Below, piece by piece: positions 20,569 through 29,989 of a stretch of DNA of 64,000 nt (positions are counted from its first letter, which is position 1; each line of letters opens with the position of its first letter). The stretch comes from a virus: positions 64,001-128,000 of IMG/VR virus record IMGVR_UViG_3300027709_000056, one strand, 5' to 3'. The notes under the pieces were generated by a model. It saw only the letters and a list, made by a program, of their open reading frames with translations, ran no database searches and was not told the DNA's origin. A program made the translations under genes and the position numbers.

Positions 20569-21284
20569 TGTTTCTCCGCATACTGTTTTACAGTATCTGT
20601 GAAATCCAATTTTCCTAAATTATATTCAAGATAAAAAAGCATACTGTTTAAATCGTTTTTCATTCTATCCCTAAATCCTAATTCGGACGTATTCCATTTT
20701 TTAAAGTCTGCCCAAAAGTAGCCTTCTTCATCTTTAAGTCTTTTTGTTGGTGGTATGCCTACTTCTGGAAATCCGCAATTAGGAATACTGTCAACTACTG
20801 TTTTTAGATTCTTAAACAATATAACAGCCTGATCGATATATTCAATAAAGTATTTTTCATCTATATTACCTTCAAATATATCATATTGAAAATCTAAACC
20901 TACTTGGTGGCATGGTCTTTGAACAACACTAAAGAAAAAAGCATCATCAGTAATTTCATTTTCAATTGGAATTTCTGTTCTGAAGTCTTTGCTATTTTGA
21001 GATAGTTTATATAATTGTAAAAATGCTGGCCAATCGTGTTCTGTGAATTGCCATTGCTTTGTAAGTTTATAAACTGTTCCTGTCAGGTTTATATGAATTG
21101 CTGTAACATCTCTATGTATTGTTACACCTCTATGTCTGGAGAAGGCATTTTTATTATAGGTCCAAATATATTTGCCTTCGGTTTCATCTCTAGTACAGTT
21201 TGAATGGAATGCGTCAGCTTTTTCTTGATTCCATGTTGATAATAGCTTTTCTAAATATTCTTTAATTTCAGTATTCTCAAGCAT
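20559..21284 (-). CDS. Hypothetical protein
   Basis: 241 aa ORF; ATAAGTA motif 5 nt before the ATG. Confidence 0.7.
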   Translation of the reverse strand: MLENTEIKEYLEKLLSTWNQEKADAFHSNCTRDETEGKYIWTYNKNAFSRHRGVTIHRDVTAIHINLTGTVYKLTKQWQFTEHDWPAFLQLYKLSQNSKDFRTEIPIENEITDDAFFFSVVQRPCHQVGLDFQYDIFEGNIDEKYFIEYIDQAVILFKNLKTVVDSIPNCGFPEVGIPPTKRLKDEEGYFWADFKKWNTSELGFRDRMKNDLNSMLFYLEYNLGKLDFTDTVKQYAEKQWK

Positions 21285-21289
21285 AGTAG

Positions 21290-21305
21290 TACTTATTATT
21301 AAATA
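21290..21305. promoter_or_regulatory. Back-to-back late promoters, each 5 nt from an ATG
   Basis: ATAAGTA-CTACT-ATG (minus) and TTAAATA-CAGTA-ATG (plus) in a 26-nt divergent gap. Confidence 0.6.
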
Positions 21306-21310
21306 CAGTA

Positions 21311-22414
21311 ATGCTCATCTATAATGAAATGATTGGTCAGTGGGTTAATCAAAACTCTAAACGATCTATTGATAAAACTGAAGGATATTATACCTATAGT
21401 AACGGTAACAAATATCTTGATACCCAAATGGGTAATAGCAGTTTTATATTTGGATATAATGATAAGCGAATACTAGATGCTATTTCAAATAGTAGTGTAG
21501 ATTTTTTACACTCATCAAAAACTAGTGATACGTTAAATTCAGTTACAAAGAAATTATTAGAACTATCTAAGATGAGTACTGTTCTTTGGAGCCACAGTGG
21601 TAGTGATGCTGTCGAGTCAGCAGTTGCATTAAATGATCGATATTGGGATATTGTAGATCCAACAAAAAAGAAAATTATTACAATTGAAAATAATTATCAC
21701 GGTGCAACATATCTTACTAAAGCTATGCGAGGTGAAGTTCCCTTAGATCGATTTATTATAACAAAAGACTTTGGAATACAAGCGGCAATTGATGAAACTG
21801 TTGGAGCAGTTATTGTTGAAAGTATACCTTGGCTACACGGAGTGAATCCACGAAGTAAGCAATGGTGGATAAATTTAAGAGATTTATGTACAAATAGAAA
21901 TATTAATTTAATAGTTGATGATGTCGCTGGAAGTTTTGGTAAATTAGGTTATGCATTTAGCACGGATAGATATAATATATCTGCTGACATAATTGCTACA
22001 AGCAAAGCTATAACGGCAGGGTATGTTCCATTTGGAGCCACGTTTGCAAATAAGAAAATTGTTGATGTATTAAAAGATAGTAACTGGGATCATAGTCATA
22101 CCTATAATCCTTCCGCTTATGCCATAGAAGCGTGTAATTGTGTTTTAGAAAGACTTGATGAATTTAACAATATACCACGACTAGAACAAAATCTATCTGA
22201 CATATTCTTTCATACAGGATTAGAATCTTGTAATATAGGATTAGTAGGAGAATTAAAATTACCTACAACTAAAAGTCCAGAGCAATATTGGAAAGCAGGA
22301 CTTGAACTTAATATATACGTTCCTGACAGATTTATAATAGTAATGCCTGTAATTGCTAACGAAGAATACTTTTTCCGTTTAGCAACTTCAATTAGGACTT
22401 TACTTTCGTTATAA
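21311..22414 (+). CDS. Class III PLP-dependent aminotransferase
   Basis: SGSDAVE, YHGAT, LIVDDVAGSFGKLG, ATSKAITAGYVPFGA (PLP Lys), HSHTY. Confidence 0.85.
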   Translation: MLIYNEMIGQWVNQNSKRSIDKTEGYYTYSNGNKYLDTQMGNSSFIFGYNDKRILDAISNSSVDFLHSSKTSDTLNSVTKKLLELSKMSTVLWSHSGSDAVESAVALNDRYWDIVDPTKKKIITIENNYHGATYLTKAMRGEVPLDRFIITKDFGIQAAIDETVGAVIVESIPWLHGVNPRSKQWWINLRDLCTNRNINLIVDDVAGSFGKLGYAFSTDRYNISADIIATSKAITAGYVPFGATFANKKIVDVLKDSNWDHSHTYNPSAYAIEACNCVLERLDEFNNIPRLEQNLSDIFFHTGLESCNIGLVGELKLPTTKSPEQYWKAGLELNIYVPDRFIIVMPVIANEEYFFRLATSIRTLLSL

Positions 22415-23294
22415 AAATATCTGCCGCACAAGTACACCAATTTCTATTACATATAACAGACTGTGTTGGATGTGCAAATGTTCCTTGATATATGTTTCCT
22501 AAACTACCACCTACTCTACAAGTAGCACGATGAACTTCTCCGTCCCAGTTTATCATAAGACTTTCTAAACCTATATTACATTTCCAATCAGTAAATTTAT
22601 TTCTATGCTGTTTAATAATATCATTAGCATGAACAATTTCTTCGTCATCAACCAAACAGTTAGCATCAGCAGTAGCATTAAGTTCTAATAACCAACCTAG
22701 ATCATCTTTTATATATTTGTTATCGTCAAATTTGTCATGATCTTCATCACCCCAGCGTATTCTTCGTACTGCATATTTTACGTTGTTAGTATCAAATAGC
22801 TCTACAGTTTTACGTACTGCATCCATATAATCATGATGGGCCATTACATTTACAAAGAAATTCTTCTTTCCTTGTTTTTTATATTCAAGTATTGTATCAA
22901 TGACTCTTTGATAATCTGCTTCAAAGTGTAGGCTAAACAATATGTGGTTCCAATATTCTTCATTTTCTAAATGCCAAGCGTGTGTTCTAGTTCCATTAGT
23001 CGTAAGACTTACCCATGATACGTTTTTAGCTTTTAAATAATGTAGAAGCTCTTCAAATTTAGGATGAACTGTTGGTTCCCCTCCTGTAAAAGTAATTCTT
23101 ACAGGTTTATCTGTTTCACAAATCTTATCTACAGTATCTTTTAGTATTTGTATGTCCGTGTGTTTGCTAAAATTATCGTGTATACTAGCTGGACAATAAG
23201 AGCAATCGTAATTACATCTTTTGCCAAGATTCCATTGTACGCTAAGACTATCTTGATGTCCCCATCTACTAGTAACCTTATACATACTCTGCAA
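22392..23294 (-). CDS. Radical SAM protein with C-terminal Cys-rich tail
   Basis: CNYDCSYC, TGGEPT, CNIG..ATC..CNRNWCTC. Confidence 0.85.
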   Translation of the reverse strand: MQSMYKVTSRWGHQDSLSVQWNLGKRCNYDCSYCPASIHDNFSKHTDIQILKDTVDKICETDKPVRITFTGGEPTVHPKFEELLHYLKAKNVSWVSLTTNGTRTHAWHLENEEYWNHILFSLHFEADYQRVIDTILEYKKQGKKNFFVNVMAHHDYMDAVRKTVELFDTNNVKYAVRRIRWGDEDHDKFDDNKYIKDDLGWLLELNATADANCLVDDEEIVHANDIIKQHRNKFTDWKCNIGLESLMINWDGEVHRATCRVGGSLGNIYQGTFAHPTQSVICNRNWCTCAADIFITKVKS

Positions 23295-24990
23295 ACTCCG
23301 GAGTTATAACTTCAAATGGTCCTTGATTACGACTTTTATCTAAGTTATGATTAAATTTAATACAGTCTTGCCATAACTCGTCGTGTAGATTATCAGCTTT
23401 TAAGAAGTTAATATTATCCTGAATTTGTGTCAGTGTAAAATGTTTCATGCGTTCGTCATCTTTTACAAGTTTATAATTAACCACTTGAGATTTTAATGCT
23501 TCTAGTTTATCAATTACTTCTATTTTTAGTTTAGGTGGTATTACTTGTGCCGATAAAGCTCGTGGATACTGTACGTGATGACTGTAAAAAATAATCCCCA
23601 TCGTTTCTAAGAAGTATTCAATTACCTTATCAATTTGCATTATGTTATTTGCCTGTACAGTAAATGCTCCACCAATTCTTCTAACTGTAGGAATAGTTTT
23701 CATAATTTTAACGTTTTCTTCAACATCACTAAACTTACCATTACCTCTAATGTAATCATATACATCATGCAATCCGTCAATTGAAACATTAACTGCAACA
23801 CTTTTAAATTTAGGCCAATAGTCATGTATACTACGACCACCTTTAATTCCTAATACAGTTCCATTTGTAGCATACTTAATTTCCATATTTTTTCCGTATG
23901 GTGCTAACAGATCTAAAATTTTATAATGTTGTGGATCCATTAACGGTTCGCCACCAGCAAATTCTACTCGTCTAAAGAATGGTAGTAATTTTTTAAAACT
24001 TGACCACCAATTCTCTGAATCGTCAAACACATCGATATATTGTCCGGGTGTTTTAACTAGTCCCTCAACTGCTGGAATAAGAAAGTTGTTTTCTTTTTTA
24101 TAAAACTCTGTAACTTGATCCCAGTCTTTCCATTGTGTACTATCTAATGGGTTACACATACGACATCTAAGATTACATAAATTGTTTAGTTTGATTTCCA
24201 TAGTAGGAAATTCAAACGGCATTGAATAATCGTCTTCTAGTGTGTCTAATGCATCAGGGTATAAGTTGATCCTTGCTTCAGGTATTACTCCTGCTATATG
24301 ACGCTGTCGTAAGCTCTGTACACCCTGATCTTCTTTTCTAAAGCAAGGCTCACATACATCAGGACGTTCATTATTCAATACTTGTCGGCGAACTTCTTTC
24401 ATTTTATCGCCATTCCATACTTCTTCTAAAGTTTCATCTTTAATATTACCAATAGGAAGACTTCTGCAACATACTTTAATTGCACCATCTTCTCTTGTTG
24501 CTAATCCTGTAAAAGGGTGCATACAAAATGTTTTACTTTGCATACAAAATCTTTTACTTACATCTATAAAAATTTCTCTTAGATAATCTAATGCTCCAAT
24601 AGTTTCATTATATCTTAAACCAAGATCTATACATAATATTTTAACGTTAGGACTAACAATAGCACTATGAACAACACTAGTATCTAAAATAAAAGGAAAA
24701 TTTATAACGTATTCTTTATCTTTTACAGTAAGTTTAAATTCTTCTTTAGTAAGAGGAACAATTAAACAGCTATCACGACCGTCATCAGTGTGTTCTGGAA
24801 CGTTATTATCTGTAAATTCTGTTACTATTGTTGAGGATAGATCTATATTACTTTTAAATAATGCAGGTTCTACTTTATATTCTTTTACTATTCCGTCAGC
24901 ATATTCAAAAATAGGGTCATTCTTAAATGATGCTAAGATTACTTCTAATGCATTATCTGTTATTGTAACATTATTAAAGGGCTGAAGCAT
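23278..24990 (-). CDS. N-terminal-twitch radical SAM protein with extra ~145 aa N-terminal domain
   Basis: FCMHPF..VCC..CEPC, CNLRCRMC, AGGEP. Confidence 0.85.
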   Translation of the reverse strand: MLQPFNNVTITDNALEVILASFKNDPIFEYADGIVKEYKVEPALFKSNIDLSSTIVTEFTDNNVPEHTDDGRDSCLIVPLTKEEFKLTVKDKEYVINFPFILDTSVVHSAIVSPNVKILCIDLGLRYNETIGALDYLREIFIDVSKRFCMQSKTFCMHPFTGLATREDGAIKVCCRSLPIGNIKDETLEEVWNGDKMKEVRRQVLNNERPDVCEPCFRKEDQGVQSLRQRHIAGVIPEARINLYPDALDTLEDDYSMPFEFPTMEIKLNNLCNLRCRMCNPLDSTQWKDWDQVTEFYKKENNFLIPAVEGLVKTPGQYIDVFDDSENWWSSFKKLLPFFRRVEFAGGEPLMDPQHYKILDLLAPYGKNMEIKYATNGTVLGIKGGRSIHDYWPKFKSVAVNVSIDGLHDVYDYIRGNGKFSDVEENVKIMKTIPTVRRIGGAFTVQANNIMQIDKVIEYFLETMGIIFYSHHVQYPRALSAQVIPPKLKIEVIDKLEALKSQVVNYKLVKDDERMKHFTLTQIQDNINFLKADNLHDELWQDCIKFNHNLDKSRNQGPFEVITPEFAEYV

Positions 24991-25741
24991 TTTTCATTCC
25001 CCATTCTCGTTCTTGACACCAAAAACACTTGCCACAAGTAGGAACGTACTGTCCTTTTTTGTAATTTTTATAATCTAGGTCACCGAATATATCTGGGTAA
25101 TCAGTAGCATCACCCTCGCAACTTCTTGTTATATTAAGTAAGTCAGTAAGGTAATTTTTTTTAAATTGTTTAATAACCCAATCTTTTTTAGTTGCTATTA
25201 ATGGGTGACAAATTTTTGTCCCCATATGATCTTTTATAGCTTCAAGTGTAGGTTCTTTTCTATCAGCTAATGCCCCTTCAAGTTCTACATCTGGATTTTG
25301 ATTAACACCGGCAAACCAAGCATCTAGTTTATATTTGTGTACCAAATATTCGTTAAATGCACGTAAAATAATTTGATTACCAGATTTCATTTTCCCATCA
25401 ATCTCAATCGTTGGTCCTTTGCTACCCCATTCTAGTTCAGGTGGTATAAAATTTAAATGTCTTCGAAATTCAATCTTAGGGAAGCGTACGACAAACCAAT
25501 TAAACACTTCTTCAGCAATATGCTCTTGCCAAGGTCTTGTTTGCCAACAACGTATCTGTGTACTAATGTGTACTTTACAATTATCGTGTAAATTAGTACA
25601 AATTAAGTAGGCCATTAAGGCACTATCTGCACCGCCACTAAGACTGATTCCAATGTTTCGCCATTCAGTATTAATTGGAAAATACACGTTATCTATATGT
25701 ACGCCTGGTGTATCCGAGGTCTTATAAATATCATTATGCAT
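24974..25741 (-). CDS. QueC-like PP-loop ATPase
   Basis: ISLSGGADS PP-loop; TRSC...CGKCFWCQER Zn motif as in QueC. Substrate uncertain given its location. Confidence 0.65.
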   Translation of the reverse strand: MHNDIYKTSDTPGVHIDNVYFPINTEWRNIGISLSGGADSALMAYLICTNLHDNCKVHISTQIRCWQTRPWQEHIAEEVFNWFVVRFPKIEFRRHLNFIPPELEWGSKGPTIEIDGKMKSGNQIILRAFNEYLVHKYKLDAWFAGVNQNPDVELEGALADRKEPTLEAIKDHMGTKICHPLIATKKDWVIKQFKKNYLTDLLNITRSCEGDATDYPDIFGDLDYKNYKKGQYVPTCGKCFWCQEREWGMKNASAL

Positions 25742-25783
25742 AATAACAGTATTTATTGATGCCTAACTTGGTAAGATTTTAAT

Positions 25784-27199
25784 ATGACAAACCACAATTT
25801 CTGGAAAAATCACAATAACAAACAACTATCAGAATGGCAAAAGGACATTGAAGATAAATCAAATAGTCCTACTTTCTGTGTGTTACCTTGGATACACATG
25901 GCAACTAGACCAAATGGTGATATGCGATTGTGTTGTGGAGCGAATGCCAGCGGAGCAGGAGTAGACCCAACCATTGGTATAGTTAAAGATTCTACAGGAC
26001 AACACGCTAATTTTGGAAATCAAACACCAATGGAAGCGTGGAATAGTCAATATATGAAAGATGTAAGGAAAAATATGTTGGCTGGTAAAATATCTGCGAG
26101 TTGTCAAAAGTGTTTTCAAGAGGAAGCTAGAGGGATATCAAGCAAGAGAATATGGGAACATAATTACTGGCAAGACGAAAATATTAATATACAGGATTTA
26201 ATTAATGAGACTTTAGAAGACGGAACCGCTCCTGAAAGAATACATTATCTAGACCTAAGGCTAGGACATACTTGTAATTTAAAATGTATAATGTGTAGTC
26301 CGCATGATTCGAGTCAATGGGTTGGAGATTATTATAAGTTAAAAAAACTTACTACAGATAAAAATATACAAAGCCAATTACATTGGGTAAGAAAAGAGTT
26401 CAATAATCAATGGCATGAGAATCCTGAGTTTTGGGAAGAAATGTATAAGCAAATTCCTAACATTAAGCAAGTTTATTTTGCAGGGGGTGAGCCATTAATG
26501 ATTAGAGAACATAAAGAATTTATTAAGGAAATTATTAAGCAGGGTTACGAAAAGAATATTGTGTTGCGATATAATACAAATGGATTATTAATAGATGAAG
26601 AATTTATAAAATTATGGAGTCCCTTTAAAAGAGTACAAGTAGGTTTCAGTTTAGATGGAAACTTTCAAAGAAATCATTTCATTCGTTATCCTAGCGACTG
26701 GGAAATTGTTGATAATAATTTAGATTTACTTGATAATACGTCTGATAATATAGATGTAACTATTGCTACTTGTCTTAGCATTTTAAATATTAAACATCTT
26801 CCTGATTTTGTAAAGTGGAAAATTAATAAAAAATATAAAAAGATTAATACTAGAAAGAACAAGGAAGGATTAATTATAGGTGGAGGACTTGTTAATATCC
26901 ATTTAGTGTATATGCCTACATTCCTTGATATGAGAATATTACCTAAGGAACACAAAGAAGATGTAACAAAACGCTTTGAAGAACTTAAAACTTGGTTATG
27001 GGAAAACTATACACAAGATGATGCTTTTTGGAAATTAAATCCTTATGGTTGGAGAAGATACGAAGGTGTATTAGATTTTATGAATAGTGAAGATAAAACT
27101 GCGATGCTTCCTAGCTTTAAAGATTATATTAATAAGATGGATATAATTAGAGAAACTAATTTTAAAGAAGTTTTTCCTGAACTTGCTGATTTAGTCTAG
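25784..27199 (+). CDS. N-terminal-twitch radical SAM protein
   Basis: FCVLPW..LCC..CQKC, CNLKCIMC, AGGEP. Confidence 0.85.
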   Translation: MTNHNFWKNHNNKQLSEWQKDIEDKSNSPTFCVLPWIHMATRPNGDMRLCCGANASGAGVDPTIGIVKDSTGQHANFGNQTPMEAWNSQYMKDVRKNMLAGKISASCQKCFQEEARGISSKRIWEHNYWQDENINIQDLINETLEDGTAPERIHYLDLRLGHTCNLKCIMCSPHDSSQWVGDYYKLKKLTTDKNIQSQLHWVRKEFNNQWHENPEFWEEMYKQIPNIKQVYFAGGEPLMIREHKEFIKEIIKQGYEKNIVLRYNTNGLLIDEEFIKLWSPFKRVQVGFSLDGNFQRNHFIRYPSDWEIVDNNLDLLDNTSDNIDVTIATCLSILNIKHLPDFVKWKINKKYKKINTRKNKEGLIIGGGLVNIHLVYMPTFLDMRILPKEHKEDVTKRFEELKTWLWENYTQDDAFWKLNPYGWRRYEGVLDFMNSEDKTAMLPSFKDYINKMDIIRETNFKEVFPELADLV

Positions 27200-27757
27200 G
27201 TCTTCAAAAGTATTATTATCTTTATGGTATTTCTTAAAGTCTCTAGCCCAAATTTCTTTGTCTAATAACCAAACATTTTGTTGAGTATAAAGGTATTCAA
27301 AATCTTCTTTTAATAATGAAATGCCCTCAACTCCTCTACGCATAAGTTTATCAACTGCATGACTTCTACCTGCGCCATCTATGCTTTCTGGTCTATTTGT
27401 TGTGTGAATAAAATTACTAGGACCATGAAGTTTATCGATATACTTCATTTGTAGATAATAGTTTATTCCAGCGTTAAGTGAATTAAGTCTTAGATTACGA
27501 CTAGTTTTTTGATTAGCGTCAATTGTTGCACCCCTAAACCCACAACGCCAGTATGTTTTATTATCCATATAAAATTCATGAACACCACTAAACACTTTGA
27601 TACGATTATCTTCAATACCTCCAAAGAACTGTATATGTTCAAAGTAATCAAATTTTAATTTTTTAATTGATGTATTATTATCAAATCCTTTTTTTGCACA
27701 TTCTTCCATAAAAGAAGGTAGTAAAGGATCATCTTTATTAATTTGTTTCCAATGCAT
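27191..27757 (-). CDS. Hypothetical protein (weak GNAT-like appearance)
   Basis: 188 aa ORF coupled to the upstream adenylate-forming enzyme; fold guess is weak. Confidence 0.55.
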   Translation of the reverse strand: MHWKQINKDDPLLPSFMEECAKKGFDNNTSIKKLKFDYFEHIQFFGGIEDNRIKVFSGVHEFYMDNKTYWRCGFRGATIDANQKTSRNLRLNSLNAGINYYLQMKYIDKLHGPSNFIHTTNRPESIDGAGRSHAVDKLMRRGVEGISLLKEDFEYLYTQQNVWLLDKEIWARDFKKYHKDNNTFEDLD

Positions 27758-28868
27758 TTCTAATCTTTTTATTCAGCGAGTTTCTTGGCACACTATCAAT
27801 CTTGCTATATTTAAGTGGAATGTTACACGGTGGTAGGTAGGGAACAAGCATTTCTTTAATTGCGTCTTTATCTGGATTACCTTTAGTATGCATTAATTCA
27901 ATATAGTCGCTTCCTGCTTTATTTTTAGGGACAGCCAGGCAATCTCCATAACCCATTTCCTCTAAATAATTTTCAATTAGTAATAGACTACATTGATAGC
28001 CATTTACTTTAACTACATCGTTTGATCTGCCTTTAAACTGTATTAAGCCATTCCCAACATATTGCTTTATTTCAAATAGATCAGCAGTAGCAACACCATT
28101 GTAGATTAATTCATCATTTCTAATTTTGCAATTTTTGTCAAGTTCTAAATAACAAGATGTTTCATCTAATTCAGTAGTTCTATGTCCTAGTACAGGACTA
28201 CCAATTTCTGTTGATCCATATATGTGATTAAAAACGTTGCACCCATTATCAAAAATGTATTTTGCGTGTCTTGGCAATAATTGACTAGCACCAGATGCCA
28301 CGATATCAAATTTGTCAAGTGGTAATTTAAGTTCAGCTATTCTAAATTGATCTATTAATCCAGGGATGAATATTGTAGCATTAACATCAGTTTGGAAATC
28401 ATCTTTAAGTGTTTGTCTATTTGATAATACAATTTTACAATCGTGTTTAACTATTGCTGGCAAAACAATATGCCAGAACCCACTAGTAAATGGTGGAATA
28501 AAATTTAACCAACTTGTATTACTGTTCCAATCAAGATGTTGTTCTGATTTTTTAATTATTTGTTTAAAGGCATTCTGATCAAACGAAACTAATTTAGGAG
28601 AACCTGTGGTTCCACTAGTGTGTAGAAAAACACAATCGTTTGCTGGTTGTTCCGCTAACTGTTTATCTAGTTCTTCCTTTTGCTTGGATGGAAGCATAGG
28701 TGCTCTAACTAATATGCGGCCGCCAACTTCCATCCAAGCAATATAAAGAGCTATGTGATCAAGATGATCAACAGATTCTATTATTACTATTTCATTTTTT
28801 AATTGCTGTTTGTATTTAGAAACAGTGACAGCATAATCTAAATAACTGCCATTGCGGAATATTTTCAC
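27738..28868 (-). CDS. Adenylate-forming (ANL/acyl-CoA synthetase-like) enzyme, compact
   Basis: FLHTSGTTGSPK (A3), YGSTE (A5), TADLF (A7), GRSNDVVKVNG (A8). Confidence 0.85.
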   Translation of the reverse strand: MKIFRNGSYLDYAVTVSKYKQQLKNEIVIIESVDHLDHIALYIAWMEVGGRILVRAPMLPSKQKEELDKQLAEQPANDCVFLHTSGTTGSPKLVSFDQNAFKQIIKKSEQHLDWNSNTSWLNFIPPFTSGFWHIVLPAIVKHDCKIVLSNRQTLKDDFQTDVNATIFIPGLIDQFRIAELKLPLDKFDIVASGASQLLPRHAKYIFDNGCNVFNHIYGSTEIGSPVLGHRTTELDETSCYLELDKNCKIRNDELIYNGVATADLFEIKQYVGNGLIQFKGRSNDVVKVNGYQCSLLLIENYLEEMGYGDCLAVPKNKAGSDYIELMHTKGNPDKDAIKEMLVPYLPPCNIPLKYSKIDSVPRNSLNKKIRNALETN

Positions 28869-29509
28869 TAGAACCTCGTTATAAAGGCTACTGCTGTAAT
28901 TTCAGAATCATAATCACCTCGTTGCCATCCTCTGGTTACCATCATGCTTACCTTTGGTGTAATTTTATAACCAAGTCCGGCGGTAACTGTTTCTGTTTCC
29001 CAAACAATATCATCAGAATCTCTAAATCTATAATTTAGATCAGTAAAAAGTCTGTCAGTAAGTTTATACTGTGTTCCAACTTTTATTGTAAAATAATCAT
29101 CTGTGTTTTTGTCTGAGTTTTCATACTTTCTCCAACCCAAGCTATAGAATGCATACGGGGAAAAGTCTTTAATCCTCGTTGTATATCCAATACCAGCCAT
29201 CCACCTTGTTTCGTCATTAACAGCTGAAAGGTTCGGATAACCTTTCTGGTACATACCAGTTAATGTAAACCCGCTATCAAATCTATAAAATCCTTGGACT
29301 TGAAATAGGTCAACGCTTAATGTTTCGGAAATTGTTTCAACACCATAACCTGAACCTACAACTAACTTCTTTAAATTAAAAAGCGGTTCTTTTTTTACTG
29401 TTTCAGTATCAGTAGGTGGTGTTTGAGCATGGGCGGCAGTTAATCCAATAGGACCGGCTACCGCTGTCAATGATAGTATCATTGCTCCGATTAAGATAAT
29501 TTTTTTCAT
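28868..29509 (-). CDS. Outer-membrane beta-barrel protein
   Basis: Signal peptide MKKIILIGAMILSLTAVA..AHA, alternating aromatic strands (GIGYT, VGTQYK, GLGYK), terminal Phe. Start 29509 by ATGA overlap; the track gives 29539. Confidence 0.75.
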   Translation of the reverse strand: MKKIILIGAMILSLTAVAGPIGLTAAHAQTPPTDTETVKKEPLFNLKKLVVGSGYGVETISETLSVDLFQVQGFYRFDSGFTLTGMYQKGYPNLSAVNDETRWMAGIGYTTRIKDFSPYAFYSLGWRKYENSDKNTDDYFTIKVGTQYKLTDRLFTDLNYRFRDSDDIVWETETVTAGLGYKITPKVSMMVTRGWQRGDYDSEITAVAFITRF

Positions 29510-29913
29510 GTGGTCTTTCCCCAATTTATTAAGTTCCAAATTCTTTCATGTGTGTAATGTACAACGATGAACAGGATATTTGTTACAATAGTCCACTCTA
29601 ACGCATGAGCAGAACTAAGACCCATCATCATACCAATTACAAATAAAACAAACATGGACCATAGTCGCCAAGTAACCGTCTTAGCCGTTGTTCTAAAGTG
29701 TGTATCCTTGTTGTCTATTCTTTGCCATTTAACTCTATTCCATATTTTTTCTTGTACCCAGAACGATGCAAACCCAACAGTATATGATAGAATAACAAAT
29801 GTAATTCCAAATCCTGCTGAATAGTTCATTGCCAGTGCCGCGAGAAAAATGCTCACTGCAACGACTGTTCTGTATGAAAGAGTTTTTACTACTGTCCTAA
29901 GATTATTATCCAT
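29506..29913 (-). CDS. Duplicated DUF2061-like membrane protein
   Basis: Two RTxxKTxxxR...ERIWN repeats with TM segments; GGAGG SD before ATG at 29913. Confidence 0.7.
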   Translation of the reverse strand: MDNNLRTVVKTLSYRTVVAVSIFLAALAMNYSAGFGITFVILSYTVGFASFWVQEKIWNRVKWQRIDNKDTHFRTTAKTVTWRLWSMFVLFVIGMMMGLSSAHALEWTIVTNILFIVVHYTHERIWNLINWGKTT

Positions 29914-29960
29914 TATGTCCTCCAATTAAGATCTATGAGTTTCATAGTACAGTTACTATA

Positions 29961-29967
29961 TACTTAT
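29961..29967 (-). promoter_or_regulatory. Late-type promoter motif ATAAGTA
   Basis: Intergenic, upstream of the DUF2061-OMP-adenylating enzyme genes. Confidence 0.45.
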
Positions 29968-29989
29968 TGTTCTGCAAAACCGGGGGGTA

